DNA of 36,286 bases from Phoronis australis. Taxonomy: Eukaryota > Animalia > Phoronida. This document shows, in pieces, positions 25,801 through 35,214 of the stretch; within the stretch, counting starts at the first letter, position 1, and every line of letters begins with the position of its first letter. The notes beneath the pieces were generated by a model. The model saw nothing but the letters and a program-made list of their open reading frames with translations, did no database searches and was not told the origin of the DNA. The stretch is from assembly GCA_002633005.1 (NCBI GenBank), contig NMRA01001152.1, positions 1 to 36,286 of the forward strand, read 5' to 3'. A program made the position numbers and the translations under genes.

Positions 25801-28800
25801 ATCCGATCGCAAAATTGCTACAATCATACCAAATTAAAACTGAGGATTTCTAAAATACCCATTTGACTTTGAATCACATATCTCATTTTTAACTGCGTAA
25901 GTAGTGTTTGTTCTCACTTTGACGTGTTTATTCGTGGTGTTCACATTATAAATATTTTATACATGAAATATCACACAGAATTGTGCTTCAACCTGACCAT
26001 TGGTCACTTTGGATTCGTCAACCTTTCACGACAACAAACTCGGCAAGTGCACACTCCTTGGATGAGGAGTTCGTCCTAGACGAACTCACCTGTTTAAAAG
26101 GTTTGTTTTTAACTTTCTGGAAAACCGTTGGTAAAACCTGGGAGGTTGTAAACGACAAAAGTGAATCAAGGTGTTAACTCCTATTATAAGCTTTATATGC
26201 ACGCCGAGCGCCTCGTGAAAAGCGTTTCTTAAATGTCTTCCATGATGGACGGATAGCTTGTACTGTCGAACTTTGCATTGCATTTACATAATATGAAGGC
26301 ATTCAAACGGCACTCAATGTTTTTTTCGTATTTTTACACGTGCCCATGAATGTCCACGTGAACCATTTTGCATATTATGTTTTTTAAAGACCTAAATATC
26401 TGAATGAATAGTGGTCCATGTTTTATCAATAAACACATGCGCCTCTAATGAGACTGTTATTAAAGCAATTTATGTTACCTGAAACTCGTAAATATGTTTG
26501 AACTTGAGGTTGAAAAGTGTCAGGGACGAGCATTCACTACATGGTGTTGTAATGAAGTCTTCACTGTCATTGAGACTGCGGTGTCGAACACGATATTCAC
26601 GAATTACGCCCTTAGAGGGACACGGTGGTTTCCAGCCGATAGTGACGAATGTTATATTCATGTCTACCACATTTAGGTTCCTAGGTGCTGGTGGAGCTGT
26701 TGAGGCAAATTAGATATTGTGAGACTGGAGGCACGGCACACCACAACATCGCTACAAAATGCATTGTAATTACCAGAATCATCCAACCCATTAAAGCCCC
26801 AGTATCTTACTATTGTATCTACATGCAAAATGTTGCAAGGAAGGCCCAACTACAGTTTAAAACAACATATCCAAGACGTTTTATTTTGGGTCAGGTTTGG
26901 AGGGAGCTGGTCATGGATCGTTTACATTGCAGTCAAGTCTTCTGTCACAGGAATCGAGTGCGGCCAGTCATCAAACATTGAATCGATTTGAGTAAAGAAA
27001 GTCCTCGTTTGGGAAACTAAAACTAAACAATGTCGCAACATCACCACGGTTTCAGATAAAAAACAAAGAACAGAAGCAATTATGCTTTTTGGTCATATAT
27101 GAGGATGGGTGTGTCCTTCAAATTCTTTGCATCTCCAGTATACCAGTATAATCTTTGTCTTTTAGCTCTGGATTGCATTCAGTAAAGCCAGATACATGCT
27201 AGAATGGTGGCGAGATTATGAAAGTGATGTTGAGATCTCAGCATGCACGACTAGCGAAGCACGTGAGCTCACAAGAAGTCGTCATTAACTAATAAAATGG
27301 GACGAACCGTGTCCGCGAAGGTCGAAGATCCCCTGGTTGTTGGACCTTTTACTGCTCATCTAATGTAAATATATAAATTCTATGTCTTACCACTTTCTGC
27401 GGTCACGCTATAACTCCATTCGCTCCATGGTCCAGGAAGGTTGTTATTTGAGGCTCGAACTCTGAATGAGTAATTCGTGTGAGAGTGAAGGCTGTCAAAC
27501 TTGTGGGAAAGTATGTTGATGGAGCCGTTCGAAACTTCCTCGGAAAGGCATGGTGATTTTTGCCTATGTAGTTGGTAATCATAACGTGTAATTGGCCCAT
27601 TCCATGATAAGCAGGACGGTTGTTGCCAGGTGAATTTCAACGAGTTTGAAGAATTTTCTGAAGACCTCAAATTAATCGGAGGCTTAGACGGTGCTGAAAC
27701 GTGAGATCATGCTTAGTTAAATGATCAATATTTACCAGTTGTTCAAATCATACTTAACGTTTCTTAACGTGACATATTACTTTCTATAATCCAAGGGCTA
27801 AGTTACACAAAGTGTCAAAATACCAATCCCATACAAATTACGTATCATTGAAGACTTGTAGAAGAAATTGTCATGGACACATTTTTACTTGAGTTCCCAC
27901 CAAATCATATGAGCGTAGTTTGTTTCTACTTGAATCCAACTGATACACACTACAAGACTTAAGTAACGTTACAATTTATTAAGAAATATTTACCAGACAC
28001 AATGGTCCTTAGAGTTATCTTTTCTTCATCGCCATCTAGTGTTGCAGTTCTTGCACGTACACTTATTTCATAGCGTGCATAGGGACGAAGGTTGTCCAAA
28101 GAAGTCGCTAGTGTCTCAGTAGTGAGCGTCAAAAGTTCATCTGATTTTTTTAAGGTAGAACCACACGCTAGCACCTCTTTGAGCTCGCACTGAATTTCGT
28201 AGTCTTTAACACAACATCCATTAGGGACAGGTGATCTCCAACTTATGCCGATTGTGGTAGGCGTCACGCTGGAGTTTGTCAGTTCCTGTACACGGTTAGC
28301 TGCTGTTGAAGAGAGACAAACGGCTTTAATCATTTGCTCATCAGATTCATATTTACGCTAAAGTAGTTGTCTCTTGGGAAATGACTATATGTATCAACAT
28401 TATCGTTTCGACTGGAGACCGGAAGGATAGGACATCCAATGAAAAGGGCGGAACACAAATGCAAAGGACGGACGTGAAATGAGGAGAACGGGGTTGTGAA
28501 AGTAGCACCATTGGTTGGTTCACCATCATGATATTAAACTTTACAGGGACTTCCAGCTTTTGGATTAGACGTTGTTAAGCAATATATTGGTAATTGCATC
28601 GATTGAGGGCTGAGAATTAACGAGATGAATGTATTTTTACACGAAATTTGGTTTTCAAGCTGTTTGCTTGGGTTTACATCTGCAGTAGGCTACAATGATC
28701 GACACGACAATCCCATTCCGTCAGCGGATATGAGATGAAAATACGAAACATGGTCCGTCCGTCCCACCATATTGTCTTCCTGGCTTCCTGTTTCTCGTTT

Positions 28801-31800
28801 GACTGCTGCATTTTGGGCCAACTCTTCGCATCTGAGTTTCCACCCTTTCCATTTTGGCTCCATCATACCAATTGGCAGCGCAAGCTGAATTCATGAATTG
28901 GGTCATGGAGCACTTTGTCAATGGTAACAATCTTATCATTCTTATTTGTAGCAGTTTCTATGACAAATTGAAATTGCACTCGCAAACTCTCGTTTTTCTT
29001 ACGTTGTAAGAATACTGTATGATAATGTTTAGTAGATTTTCATCGACACTGGTTCTGATATCGACTATTGAATTCTTACTACGTCTCCGCAAAATACTCC
29101 CTAATTGTTGCTCAGTGGACCCAAGGCCCGAATGGGAGGTCTTAATGCCTAGGTCGCATTAAGCTTACCCGACGCCGACACGATGAGTTTGCAACAGTAA
29201 TATTGGGACATTTAGAGGAATATCAGTAGATTGTAGAAAGCGCCGGCCAGGTGTTAAAAAACACCAGTAAGTAAAAATTATCGAATGAAAAAGTACGCGA
29301 TCATGCTTAAGGCATTGCAATGGGTTTCATTCTTCGAAGTCGGTCAAGCATCGCCCGATATGTCATAAATAAATAACTCGGCCAAAGGCATAATCACGCC
29401 TACCTATAAAAAACTTTTCAAACGTCTCTCAAGTGCTCGACAGTAGGCGACGGTTCCCCCAATACGCGTTGCAAAGTCCGAGGAAATAGACTACACGAGG
29501 TTTTTTTATCCCATGAAAACTGACTGGAGCTTAAAAACTAAATCAATAAGTTGCAGCCCTCGGCGTAGTTGCATCCACTCACTTTTTTCAAGGCTGGTAG
29601 TATTGTACTCTCGTGAGATGTTCGATGCCAAGTGTTTATTCTGTGACTGTATTTTGAATGACCATGTCGTGCACGCTAAGGAGGGCAATGTTCTGTTCAG
29701 CGTCTTAGACGACATGTCGGCGACTCTTGACCAGACGGACTGTGAACCGTTTTTGTGAAAAAGTGTGAACGTGCCCACTGACGGACATTGCCAATTTGGC
29801 TCCTGCAAAGTAAATAAAAGTTAAAGAATACTATTGGCACCTCTGTGTTGTCTTGCACGTCATCTTATGTACAGGAGTATTTTATACCGGCGGGCATCGT
29901 CATTACGACTCCTTTTTGGAGTTAAATTTGGAAACAATTTTTTTATGCGTAAATTCTAATCTTCAAGTGGTAATAAACCTGCGTTCTGCGCAAGTCACGT
30001 ACAACGTGTACAGGATCGTCTTATTTTATTACCGTTATAAAAATGGTCTCAGCTTGCTTTTTTACTCCGATAAGAAGCGGCGTTTGGTCTTGAAAAGAAC
30101 TGTCAGTCCGATATTGCTGGGCGAATTGAAAACACGTTTTGGCAAGTCAGCTTGTAGAGCAAGGACTTGAGCATTAACGACTGTCAGCTCTCTTCAAGAT
30201 CAGATTTAACCATCCCTTATCTCACCAATGAACAAAGTTAGATCAATTTCGTCAATATAAATTATGTTGTGAAGGGAGGCGGGTCTACAGGTGCCTAAAA
30301 AGAAGAATTATGAGAAAAAACTCTTCTTGCCACCCGGTGCACGGAAAATTCGGCTATGAAGACAGTAATTTCCTACAATCCATTCTTACTGTGAGGCAGT
30401 TGAGGACCGATGTCACTATTGGCATTCAGACCGTTTTACCATTTTATGATACCCGGCCCCATACATACATTAGGGTTTTATGTTTGATCCCATTACTAAA
30501 GATGTTTACACACACATGTCCTCACCGTCTCGGCTTCCTTGAATGATCCGATTATTACTTACATTCCAGCTGACGAGGACTGAGCTCACAGATGGCGTTG
30601 TTTGCAAAACAGGAACAGCAGGAACTGAAAGACAAAAACACGTCCTCTGCGCGTTGGTAGCTTGATACAATTTTTTCATCTGGATTTCACTAGAAATTAA
30701 GCAAACATTTGTGTACGATTGTCACCAATTAGGCGTTTTTATAGAACTTTTCCAGTTCAAGCCACAATATTATTGTATTAACACCACCAACATGAGAAAA
30801 GTGTGGAAAAACGTTCTACAATCAAGTATTCTAAATTAATCAAGGAAACACCAAAAACAAACTGTAACGGTAATATGATACGCCTGAGATGAGAATCCAT
30901 TTGTTTCCACTACAGAATACATACATTAAATTTTGTTGTAGTAATCATTCAATGATCTACGTAATGCAGAAGGTACATGCTCCAACTTAGTGAAGATAAG
31001 GACAGATGAAGATACATGTACATGTACTATTTTGGAGACCTGTGGGACAAACTCTTTTGATCCAGCATTTCCTCGGTAATAGATTAATTCAATCATTCAG
31101 GTTTAATGACCAGACAATAGAAAACTTTCCCTGTGAGTACATGTAAGTCTGGCAAGATGACCATATTCGACACTGTAACGAGATTTAGGCAATTCTTCAC
31201 CGAGTCACTATAGTCTTTTAACTCCTTCAGCACTTCAGTAAATTAAAAACTGCACATGTGTATTGTAGCACCATTTGCCAAACTTAAAGTGATGGTCATG
31301 TGAAGGAGATAATTACCTGCACAAGCCATAGCTCTAGGACTGTTTTTACCCACTTCACCACTGTCAATTTTAATTACAATTCTCACACGGTACTTGTTTT
31401 GTAAATCCGTCGATGGAATGGTCAGTGTCCGCACACTTTTGTCTACGTCACGACTTTGTGTCCAGCTATCATTGATGGATACCCTGTACATCACAATGTA
31501 CTTGTGAACTGACCCAACACCTCGGTCAATCAGTGATGACCACGGACGCCAAGTCACAGATATCTCGGTCGAGCTTCTAGTCACATTTGGTGCCATAGAA
31601 AAAAAGGCGATTTCTAGAAAATAAGGGGAAGTTCGCAATTCTATTGTTGTTTCATGCTTTTCACAGATTGTTTTACAGCAATTGACCTCCACGCATAAAT
31701 GGGTTCACGATTATCGCGACTATTTTAACAATGTTAATGAAGTTAGCAAACCAGTAGACTTATCGGGGGGTGTAACTATAGACTAACCCATTTGTACATT

Positions 31801-32689
31801 CAATCAATGTCGCCATATCAGTTTGATTTGGAGAGCTGATATTCGCTAGAACAATAACACACATGCACATCGTGTACCTGTGATTCTGAAGGAGATTAAA
31901 CAAGAATTCTCAAATAATCAAAGGATTCATCAATCAATAAATCCACCGACGTACCTTCGTGACAAGTAGGTAACTTAAAGCCAGGCTTGCACGCAGTACA
32001 GTTTCCGGTGACCTTGTTGCACGCTTTACCAGCTTTGCACTTTCCACAAGGATGCGCGCATTTCAATCCATAATGTCCGTCAGTGCAATCTAAATATCAT
32101 AGAATGTAGCGGTTGTTGCACAATCACGTTCTAGTTATTGCGTACTTCGTTAAAACCTGAAGTCTCATGGAGTGATTTGTTACTAATATGTTAATTAGAA
32201 GCAATCTCTGACAAAACTGCCATTTTTGAACCACGATCAAGTTGCATAAGGTATATGTATTTGACAGTTTCTGATTGACTACGTATTGACTTCGTCAACG
32301 TTCTTATTTGCTCACCAGAACTGCTGTATAAGGAATCCCAACAGTGTAAATTATCAAATTGGTATAAAGGTAACATCATGGTGTAGTATTCATCATCATT
32401 TGTCTTAATTATGTGTTTGTTTACTACCAAACAAACACTTATATCTGGAAATACAACATATGTTTTGGGTTTTGTTAGGCTTCATTACGTAACACAGAAG
32501 TTTTGTGGGAAATAGGTGCGACTAACGACAGATAAAAGACAGTGATACGTCTCTATGTACGTGTTATGCATACGATGCAGTTGTGCTGAAATACTCACAT
32601 TGACATAAGTGACGTGCTCACTGAAGTTGTCAACGTCATTTGACACTTACCCTGATCACAGTTAGCCCCCTTTTTACCAGCAAAACAAT
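3689..32689 (-). CDS. Multi-exon receptor-type protein tyrosine phosphatase (EGF-like repeats + FN3 x6-7 + TM + tandem PTP D1/D2), 5'-incomplete; 31 exons listed below
   Basis: 31 manually mapped exons with GT-AG ends and matching phases give one open frame (4403 nt) with PTP motifs [41 protein letters not shown], plus FN3 W/Y patterns and a hydrophobic TM followed by RRRR. Orthology to a specific vertebrate PTPR gene cannot be assigned by eye. Confidence 0.96.
4042..4177 (-). CDS. RPTP D2 exon ((W)[45 protein letters not shown])
   Basis: 136 nt, phase 2 to 0, acceptor cttctttgaag, donor GTAAGC; completes the D2 signature, VDVFQTVK motif. Confidence 0.92.
5291..5454 (-). CDS. RPTP D2 exon ([20 protein letters not shown]...GEHAVVVHC)
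   Basis: 164 nt, phase 0 to 2, tttcag / GTGAGT; WP loop and VVVHC. Confidence 0.93.
6717..6851 (-). CDS. RPTP D2 exon ([20 protein letters not shown]...TMKK)
   Basis: 135 nt, phase 0-0, tttcag / GTATGC; QYWP motif. Confidence 0.92.
7465..7599 (-). CDS. RPTP D2 exon ([39 protein letters not shown]...)
   Basis: 135 nt, phase 0-0, tttcag / GTGAGA; FIVTQxPLxxTxxDFWRM. Confidence 0.95.
7828..7889. repeat. (AT)n microsatellite, about 31 units
   Basis: Perfect dinucleotide run in an intron. Confidence 0.98.
8222..8298 (-). CDS. RPTP D2 exon ((L)[25 protein letters not shown])
   Basis: 77 nt, phase 1 to 0, tttcag / GTAAGT; DYINA motif. Confidence 0.94.
8451..8550 (-). CDS. RPTP D2 first exon ([33 protein letters not shown])
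   Basis: 100 nt, phase 0 to 1, ttgtag / GTGAGT; KNRxxNILP motif. Confidence 0.93.
8956..9090 (-). CDS. RPTP D1 end and D1-D2 linker exon ([22 protein letters not shown]...QKEFR)
   Basis: 135 nt, phase 0-0, cattag / GTGAGT; QYxFIY and GDT linker. Confidence 0.94.
10572..10707 (-). CDS. RPTP D1 exon ((S)[27 protein letters not shown]...QRVNMVQTL)
   Basis: 136 nt, phase 2 to 0, ttcttgcag / GTATGT; P-loop and Q-loop. Confidence 0.97.
11406..11765. mobile_element. Foldback/MITE-like long imperfect inverted repeat (about 155-bp arms, about 45-bp spacer)
   Basis: tatgacactcggga...ccgtccatatcaaacacaaa...catgagcaattgttct...ttctgatagcatt mirrored by aatgctatcagaa...agaacaattgctcatg...tttgtgtttgatatggacgg...tcccgagtgtcata; TA-rich ends. 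Confidence 0.85.
12322..12485 (-). CDS. RPTP D1 exon ([24 protein letters not shown]...PTVVHCS)
   Basis: 164 nt, phase 0 to 2, aaacag / GTATTT; WPD loop and catalytic Cys. Confidence 0.95.
12715..12834 (-). CDS. RPTP D1 exon ([20 protein letters not shown]...[10 protein letters not shown])
   Basis: 120 nt, phase 0-0, ctgtag / GTATAT; KCxQYWP. Confidence 0.95.
13514..13611 (-). CDS. RPTP D1 exon ([33 protein letters not shown])
   Basis: 98 nt, phase 1 to 0, ttgcag / GTAAGC; DFWRMIW, IVMVT. Confidence 0.96.
14222..14335 (-). CDS. RPTP D1 exon ((Y)[37 protein letters not shown])
   Basis: 114 nt, phase 1-1, ttcgtag / GTAAGG; DYINASYID. Confidence 0.96.
14843..15758. mobile_element. Non-autonomous DNA transposon (hAT-like MITE) with 5-bp TSD CTGCA
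   Basis: Ends CAGTGGCGGATC...ATCCGCCTATG (imperfect TIR) with G/C-rich subterminal tracts; CTGCA at 14838-14842 and 15759-15763; internal ~570 bp repeated at 19479-20040. Confidence 0.8.
15091..15156 (-). repeat. tRNA-derived (SINE-head-like) segment with Pol III A/B boxes inside the MITE; second copy 19604-19668
   Basis: Minus strand gtggtgtagtggtaa (A-box-like)...ggtcgtgagttcgagtc (B-box), followed by T-runs; no intact acceptor stem. Confidence 0.6.
15847..15934 (-). CDS. RPTP D1 first exon ([29 protein letters not shown])
   Basis: 88 nt, phase 0 to 1, ttttacag / GTAATT; NxxKNRF motif. Confidence 0.94.
16585..16775 (-). CDS. RPTP juxtamembrane/wedge exon ((E)[14 protein letters not shown]...[20 protein letters not shown]...REYE)
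   Basis: 191 nt, phase 1 to 0, ttccag / GTATAG; PIxxxxL..YV..EYE pattern preceding PTP D1. Confidence 0.9.
18547..18611 (-). CDS. RPTP stop-transfer exon ((R)[21 protein letters not shown])
   Basis: 65 nt, phase 2 to 1, ttctcag / GTGAGC; basic cluster right after the TM. Confidence 0.88.
19022..19124 (-). CDS. RPTP transmembrane exon ((A)[34 protein letters not shown])
   Basis: 103 nt, phase 1 to 2, tttcag / GTAAGA; about 25 uncharged hydrophobic residues. Confidence 0.92.
19291..19401. repeat. Two ~60-bp tandem units, each starting with a palindrome
   Basis: caggtcgcatttgcgacctg..aatgcgagctgacattttt and caagtcgcaaaatgcgacctg..aatgcgagctgacttttt. Confidence 0.7.
19479..20064. mobile_element. 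Second, 5'-truncated and internally deleted copy of the 14843-15758 element, same orientation
   Basis: Collinear with 14973-15545 (e.g. aaaaatcaagcattttcc, gcccaaaagaccaaatccgtt, taaggcttcgattaaaattcacatc), then jumps to the right TIR cccctaaatccgcttaatg. Confidence 0.9.
20160..20223 (-). CDS. RPTP membrane-proximal exon ([21 protein letters not shown])
   Basis: 64 nt, phase 0 to 1, cttcag / GTAATT; bridges the phases of the flanking exons. Confidence 0.8.
20389..20650 (-). CDS. RPTP membrane-proximal FN3-like exon (FYLMVVE...YITANL...[23 protein letters not shown]...)
   Basis: 262 nt, phase 2 to 0, aaacag / GTGAGT; YIxA...FxxGDGxxYGxYxNxxL motif typical of RPTP membrane-proximal modules. 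Confidence 0.93.
21081..21189 (-). CDS. RPTP exon ((D)[36 protein letters not shown])
   Basis: 109 nt, phase 1 to 2, tttcag / GTAACT. Confidence 0.87.
22090..22264 (-). CDS. RPTP FN3 repeat 6, C-half (ISWTPKNG...[22 protein letters not shown]...)
   Basis: 175 nt, phase 0 to 1, ttcctag / GTATGT; LxPxTxY FN3 motif. Confidence 0.94.
22609..22680. repeat. Degenerate ~27-bp tandem repeat, about 2.7 copies
   Basis: ttagtcagacgccaatgtggtcact / ctagccacacgcccatatggttact / ttagccagacttccaa. Confidence 0.55.
24108..24214 (-). CDS. RPTP FN3 repeat 6, N-half ((V)[35 protein letters not shown])
   Basis: 107 nt, phase 1 to 0, ttccag / GTACGT; WxxPxxxNGxIxxY-type motif. Confidence 0.92.
24783..25030. mobile_element. 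PIF/Harbinger (Tourist-like) MITE, 248 bp
   Basis: TIRs GGGCCCGTTCCAAGAAACTGACTTA / TAAGTCAGTTTTGTTGGAACGGGCCC, 3-bp TSD CAG on both sides, AT-rich interior. Confidence 0.85.
25640..25706 (-). CDS. RPTP FN3 repeat 5, C-terminal exon ([22 protein letters not shown])
   Basis: 67 nt, phase 0 to 1, ttttccag / GTGAGA; RA..GxWS FN3 end. Confidence 0.9.
26479..26696 (-). CDS. RPTP FN3 repeat 5, main exon ((A)[29 protein letters not shown]...HIYEFQ)
   Basis: 218 nt, phase 1 to 0, caacag / GTAACA. Confidence 0.93.
27391..27693 (-). CDS. RPTP FN3 repeat 4 ((A)[25 protein letters not shown]...[14 protein letters not shown])
   Basis: 303 nt, phase 1-1, tttcag / GTAAGA; complete FN3. Confidence 0.95.
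27994..28302 (-). CDS. RPTP FN3 repeat 3 ((T)[24 protein letters not shown]...[15 protein letters not shown]...)
   Basis: 309 nt, phase 1-1, caacag (NAGNAG) / GTAAAT; complete FN3. Confidence 0.94.
29583..29802 (-). CDS. RPTP FN3 repeat 2, C-part ([17 protein letters not shown]...WSFKIQSQN...SLEK)
   Basis: 220 nt, phase 0 to 1, tttgcag / GTGAGT. Confidence 0.88.
30563..30624 (-). CDS. RPTP FN3 repeat 2, N-part ((V)[20 protein letters not shown])
   Basis: 62 nt, phase 1 to 0, ctttcag / GTAAGT; PxxP...SVxVSW. Confidence 0.9.
31317..31613 (-). CDS. RPTP FN3 repeat 1 ((E)[24 protein letters not shown]...YRVRIVIK...ACA)
   Basis: 297 nt, phase 1-1, ttttctag / GTAATT. Confidence 0.92.
31955..32089 (-). 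CDS. RPTP EGF-like exon ((D)[44 protein letters not shown])
   Basis: 135 nt, phase 1-1, atttag / GTACGT; CxxGxYGxxCxxxCxxC..C...TGxC..CxPG pattern of MEGF10/SREC-type EGF repeats. Confidence 0.93.
32651..32689 (-). CDS. RPTP 39-nt exon, partial EGF ((D)[12 protein letters not shown])
   Basis: Phase 1-1, ttctag / GTAAGT; CxxGxxGxNC. Confidence 0.85.
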
Positions 32690-35060
32690 CTAGAATGAAA
32701 TGTAACGTAATTTATATCATGAATGTCAACAGTCATTTTAAAACAATTCCACAAAAAACGACAATGGAATGCAGGTGAAAACAGGTGAAAATTACTTCAT
32801 CCTGAAATTCGAGTCATCATGTGCCAACATTTGAAAATTGTTTACCTGTTTGTATTGAATAAAGCATGTACGTCTAGGCTGCAGCAAGGTGTAAATTCCT
32901 TAAAGAGATTGGTTCACAGCTATTTAGTTGTAGTTAATATGTATACACATGTGCTGACTGTTAATAAAGTTTGCTTATGAACCACATTTCTTTTTATTTC
33001 ATATCCCATATTCTTCTATTATTCGTTTAAAACACGCTCCCACTTCCCACAAAATTTTGAGAACAGAAAATTTTGAACTTCGGCTATCTTCGGAAACACG
33101 TCACACCAGGAACACATCAGGAATTCCTGACCCGATCGCTGCCAAGTCTGTCCACTGTTGGCTGGGACTATCTGGCACAAATGGGAGTCTTTGTGTTTGT
33201 TAGAATCGGTTTATTATGCAGCGTTTGCCCATTTATTCTCTGAAATGTGACACATATGCACATGGTCTTGTCATAAACATTTTACAGTTAGTAGGGACGT
33301 GACCTGATCATTGCAGAGTCAGCTTGACTGAGTCCACAGTATCCATTGTTGTGTCCCAAGAGGAGTACTTTTTTCAAATGTAGACGGATTTTTAGATTTA
33401 AACTGGAGTAAATATTTGAACAAGAATGCCTGACCGTTGTGTATATAGTTGGAGGCTGTGGCAATACGCCAAGGGCTGGGAGTATCTTGGTACAATTTCC
33501 CACTGATCCAAGACTGCGTCGCAAGTGAGAATACTTTGCGAAGTCCACGAGTGGAGCGTCGCCGTATTCGGTTGTATGTACGGAACATATTTCTATGGAC
33601 TGCTTCTAGAACGACAGCCTGTGATCCGAGTATGGTTGTAAACCAGGATGAGTGAACTTTTAGAGAGTATTCGAAACGGTACATGTACATGCCGTCGCTT
33701 TCCAGAAGCAAGTTTACCTGGAGCTAGTATTAGCAACCTAACATTCAAAACGGCGGATAGCATCGACGGACACTGTCGGACAGGATTAGTGCTAGAAGTA
33801 ACCAGTAGATTGCTTTTCTTTTGGAATTACTGTTTATGCAACATACCGGTAAGTGTATGTGGATGTGCTGAATAGCTTGATGCTCGTTACCTGTCGTTGC
33901 AATCCATTGAATTTTAGCCTAGTCGATCGCTAGCTGGACTAAATGAACAGTAAGAGTAGGGCTGTCCAACCGATTTGCAAAAATACTTCATATTCGGAAA
34001 GATAATGCATCCCACTCAATAAAAACTGAAAATTTATCAAAATCGGGTTAAGCAGTGCACATTTATTGCATTTTTTTTGGTGGCGAAATTTGGGTCATTT
34101 GTTTGGATCTGGTTGGCCATCTTGGACAACAGCGGCATAAGTTACGAGTTTAAAACCGTGCATAATTTATTTTCACCAATAATTTAGGATGAAATTTAGT
34201 GATAAAGATCTATACCTACTATTCTGAGCGATTCAATAGCTTTTATTGGATTTCAGCCAAGCAGATGTTACTTATTAAGTGATAAAAATGCTCACAATTC
34301 CCGTTAGACTCATTTCCGGCGGCACCGACAACATGGCGACTTCTGCTGAACTGAAGGTCACGTTCAATCGGCTATTTTGTACTTGGTGAAGTTTTAACTT
34401 TGATACATTTTGATGAAAGCTATTACAAAAAAGTAACTTAGCACAATGTTTATGTTTTTGTGCAAAAAAATATAAGGAATATTCTAATTATTGCAGTGTG
34501 AATATCTCATTCAGTTGACCATACACGTATGAATCGTTCTTTCAATACATGCGTTGTAACTTTTTGCTTTCCGAATCCAAGATATCAAGTCCCAAAATGT
34601 AAAGGCTCTTAATTAGAGTAATCGGCCTCCAATCCTTTTTCCATGCAACTTCTTATTTTTTCAAATCATGCTTGTCGAATTCTAATGTAAGGAAATACCT
34701 GGTCGCCATGGTAATAGTTAGGCATATCCACTTTCATCTCATGTAAATTTGTCTTGCTGTTGGATAACATTTGTAATGCTTAAATGCTCTAAAATAATGT
34801 GCATTCTAAGTTACTTATTTTGGTAAAAGATTAGATCATTTTGACTCACACATAAACTTTACTGTACTGAGATTGTGACTTACGTACAGTAGCAGTAACC
34901 TTCAACTACCTTGAAAATCTTTCACTGTCGAAACCAAATATATAATTCCGACTGAAAGCACTTGATTTTAATTCGAACTGTGGATTAAATCATAATCGTC
35001 CTCTGATTCGTGCTTTGATTTCTATTACTCAGTGACCAAAGCATGATAGAATTAACTTGC

Positions 35061-35214
35061 CGTAATGAACGGCTAAAATAATATGTTCACTGGCATCTTC
35101 AGGTAATATTTCTTGATGCCTTCGGTTTATTATTATTTCAGTATGAGGCACAACATGCTGTAATTTCTCGTTGTAAAATTTGTGCACTGTCGGGTTGCTC
35201 AAATCGTTGGACAC
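35061..35214 (-). CDS. Probable upstream RPTP exon (VSNDLSNPTVHKFYNE...ILPEDASEHIILAVHY), discoidin/galactose-binding-like, GC donor
   Basis: Good acceptor cttatttcag, only one open frame, ends at CG|GCAAGT in phase 1, giving GAT (Asp) on joining the 32689 exon; domain call is by loose resemblance only. Confidence 0.55.

Noticed and set aside
33319-33711. 130-aa minus-strand ORF as an RPTP exon
   Set aside because: No recognisable domain, no convincing phase-compatible splice pair, and not needed to keep the frame.
33891-33948. Possible exon with donor CAG|GTAACG
   Set aside because: Stops in all three frames from the best acceptor.
33955-34770. Old MITE-like AT-rich region; also a ttaaagg-type end at about 36083
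   Set aside because: No clear TIR pair or TSD found by eye.
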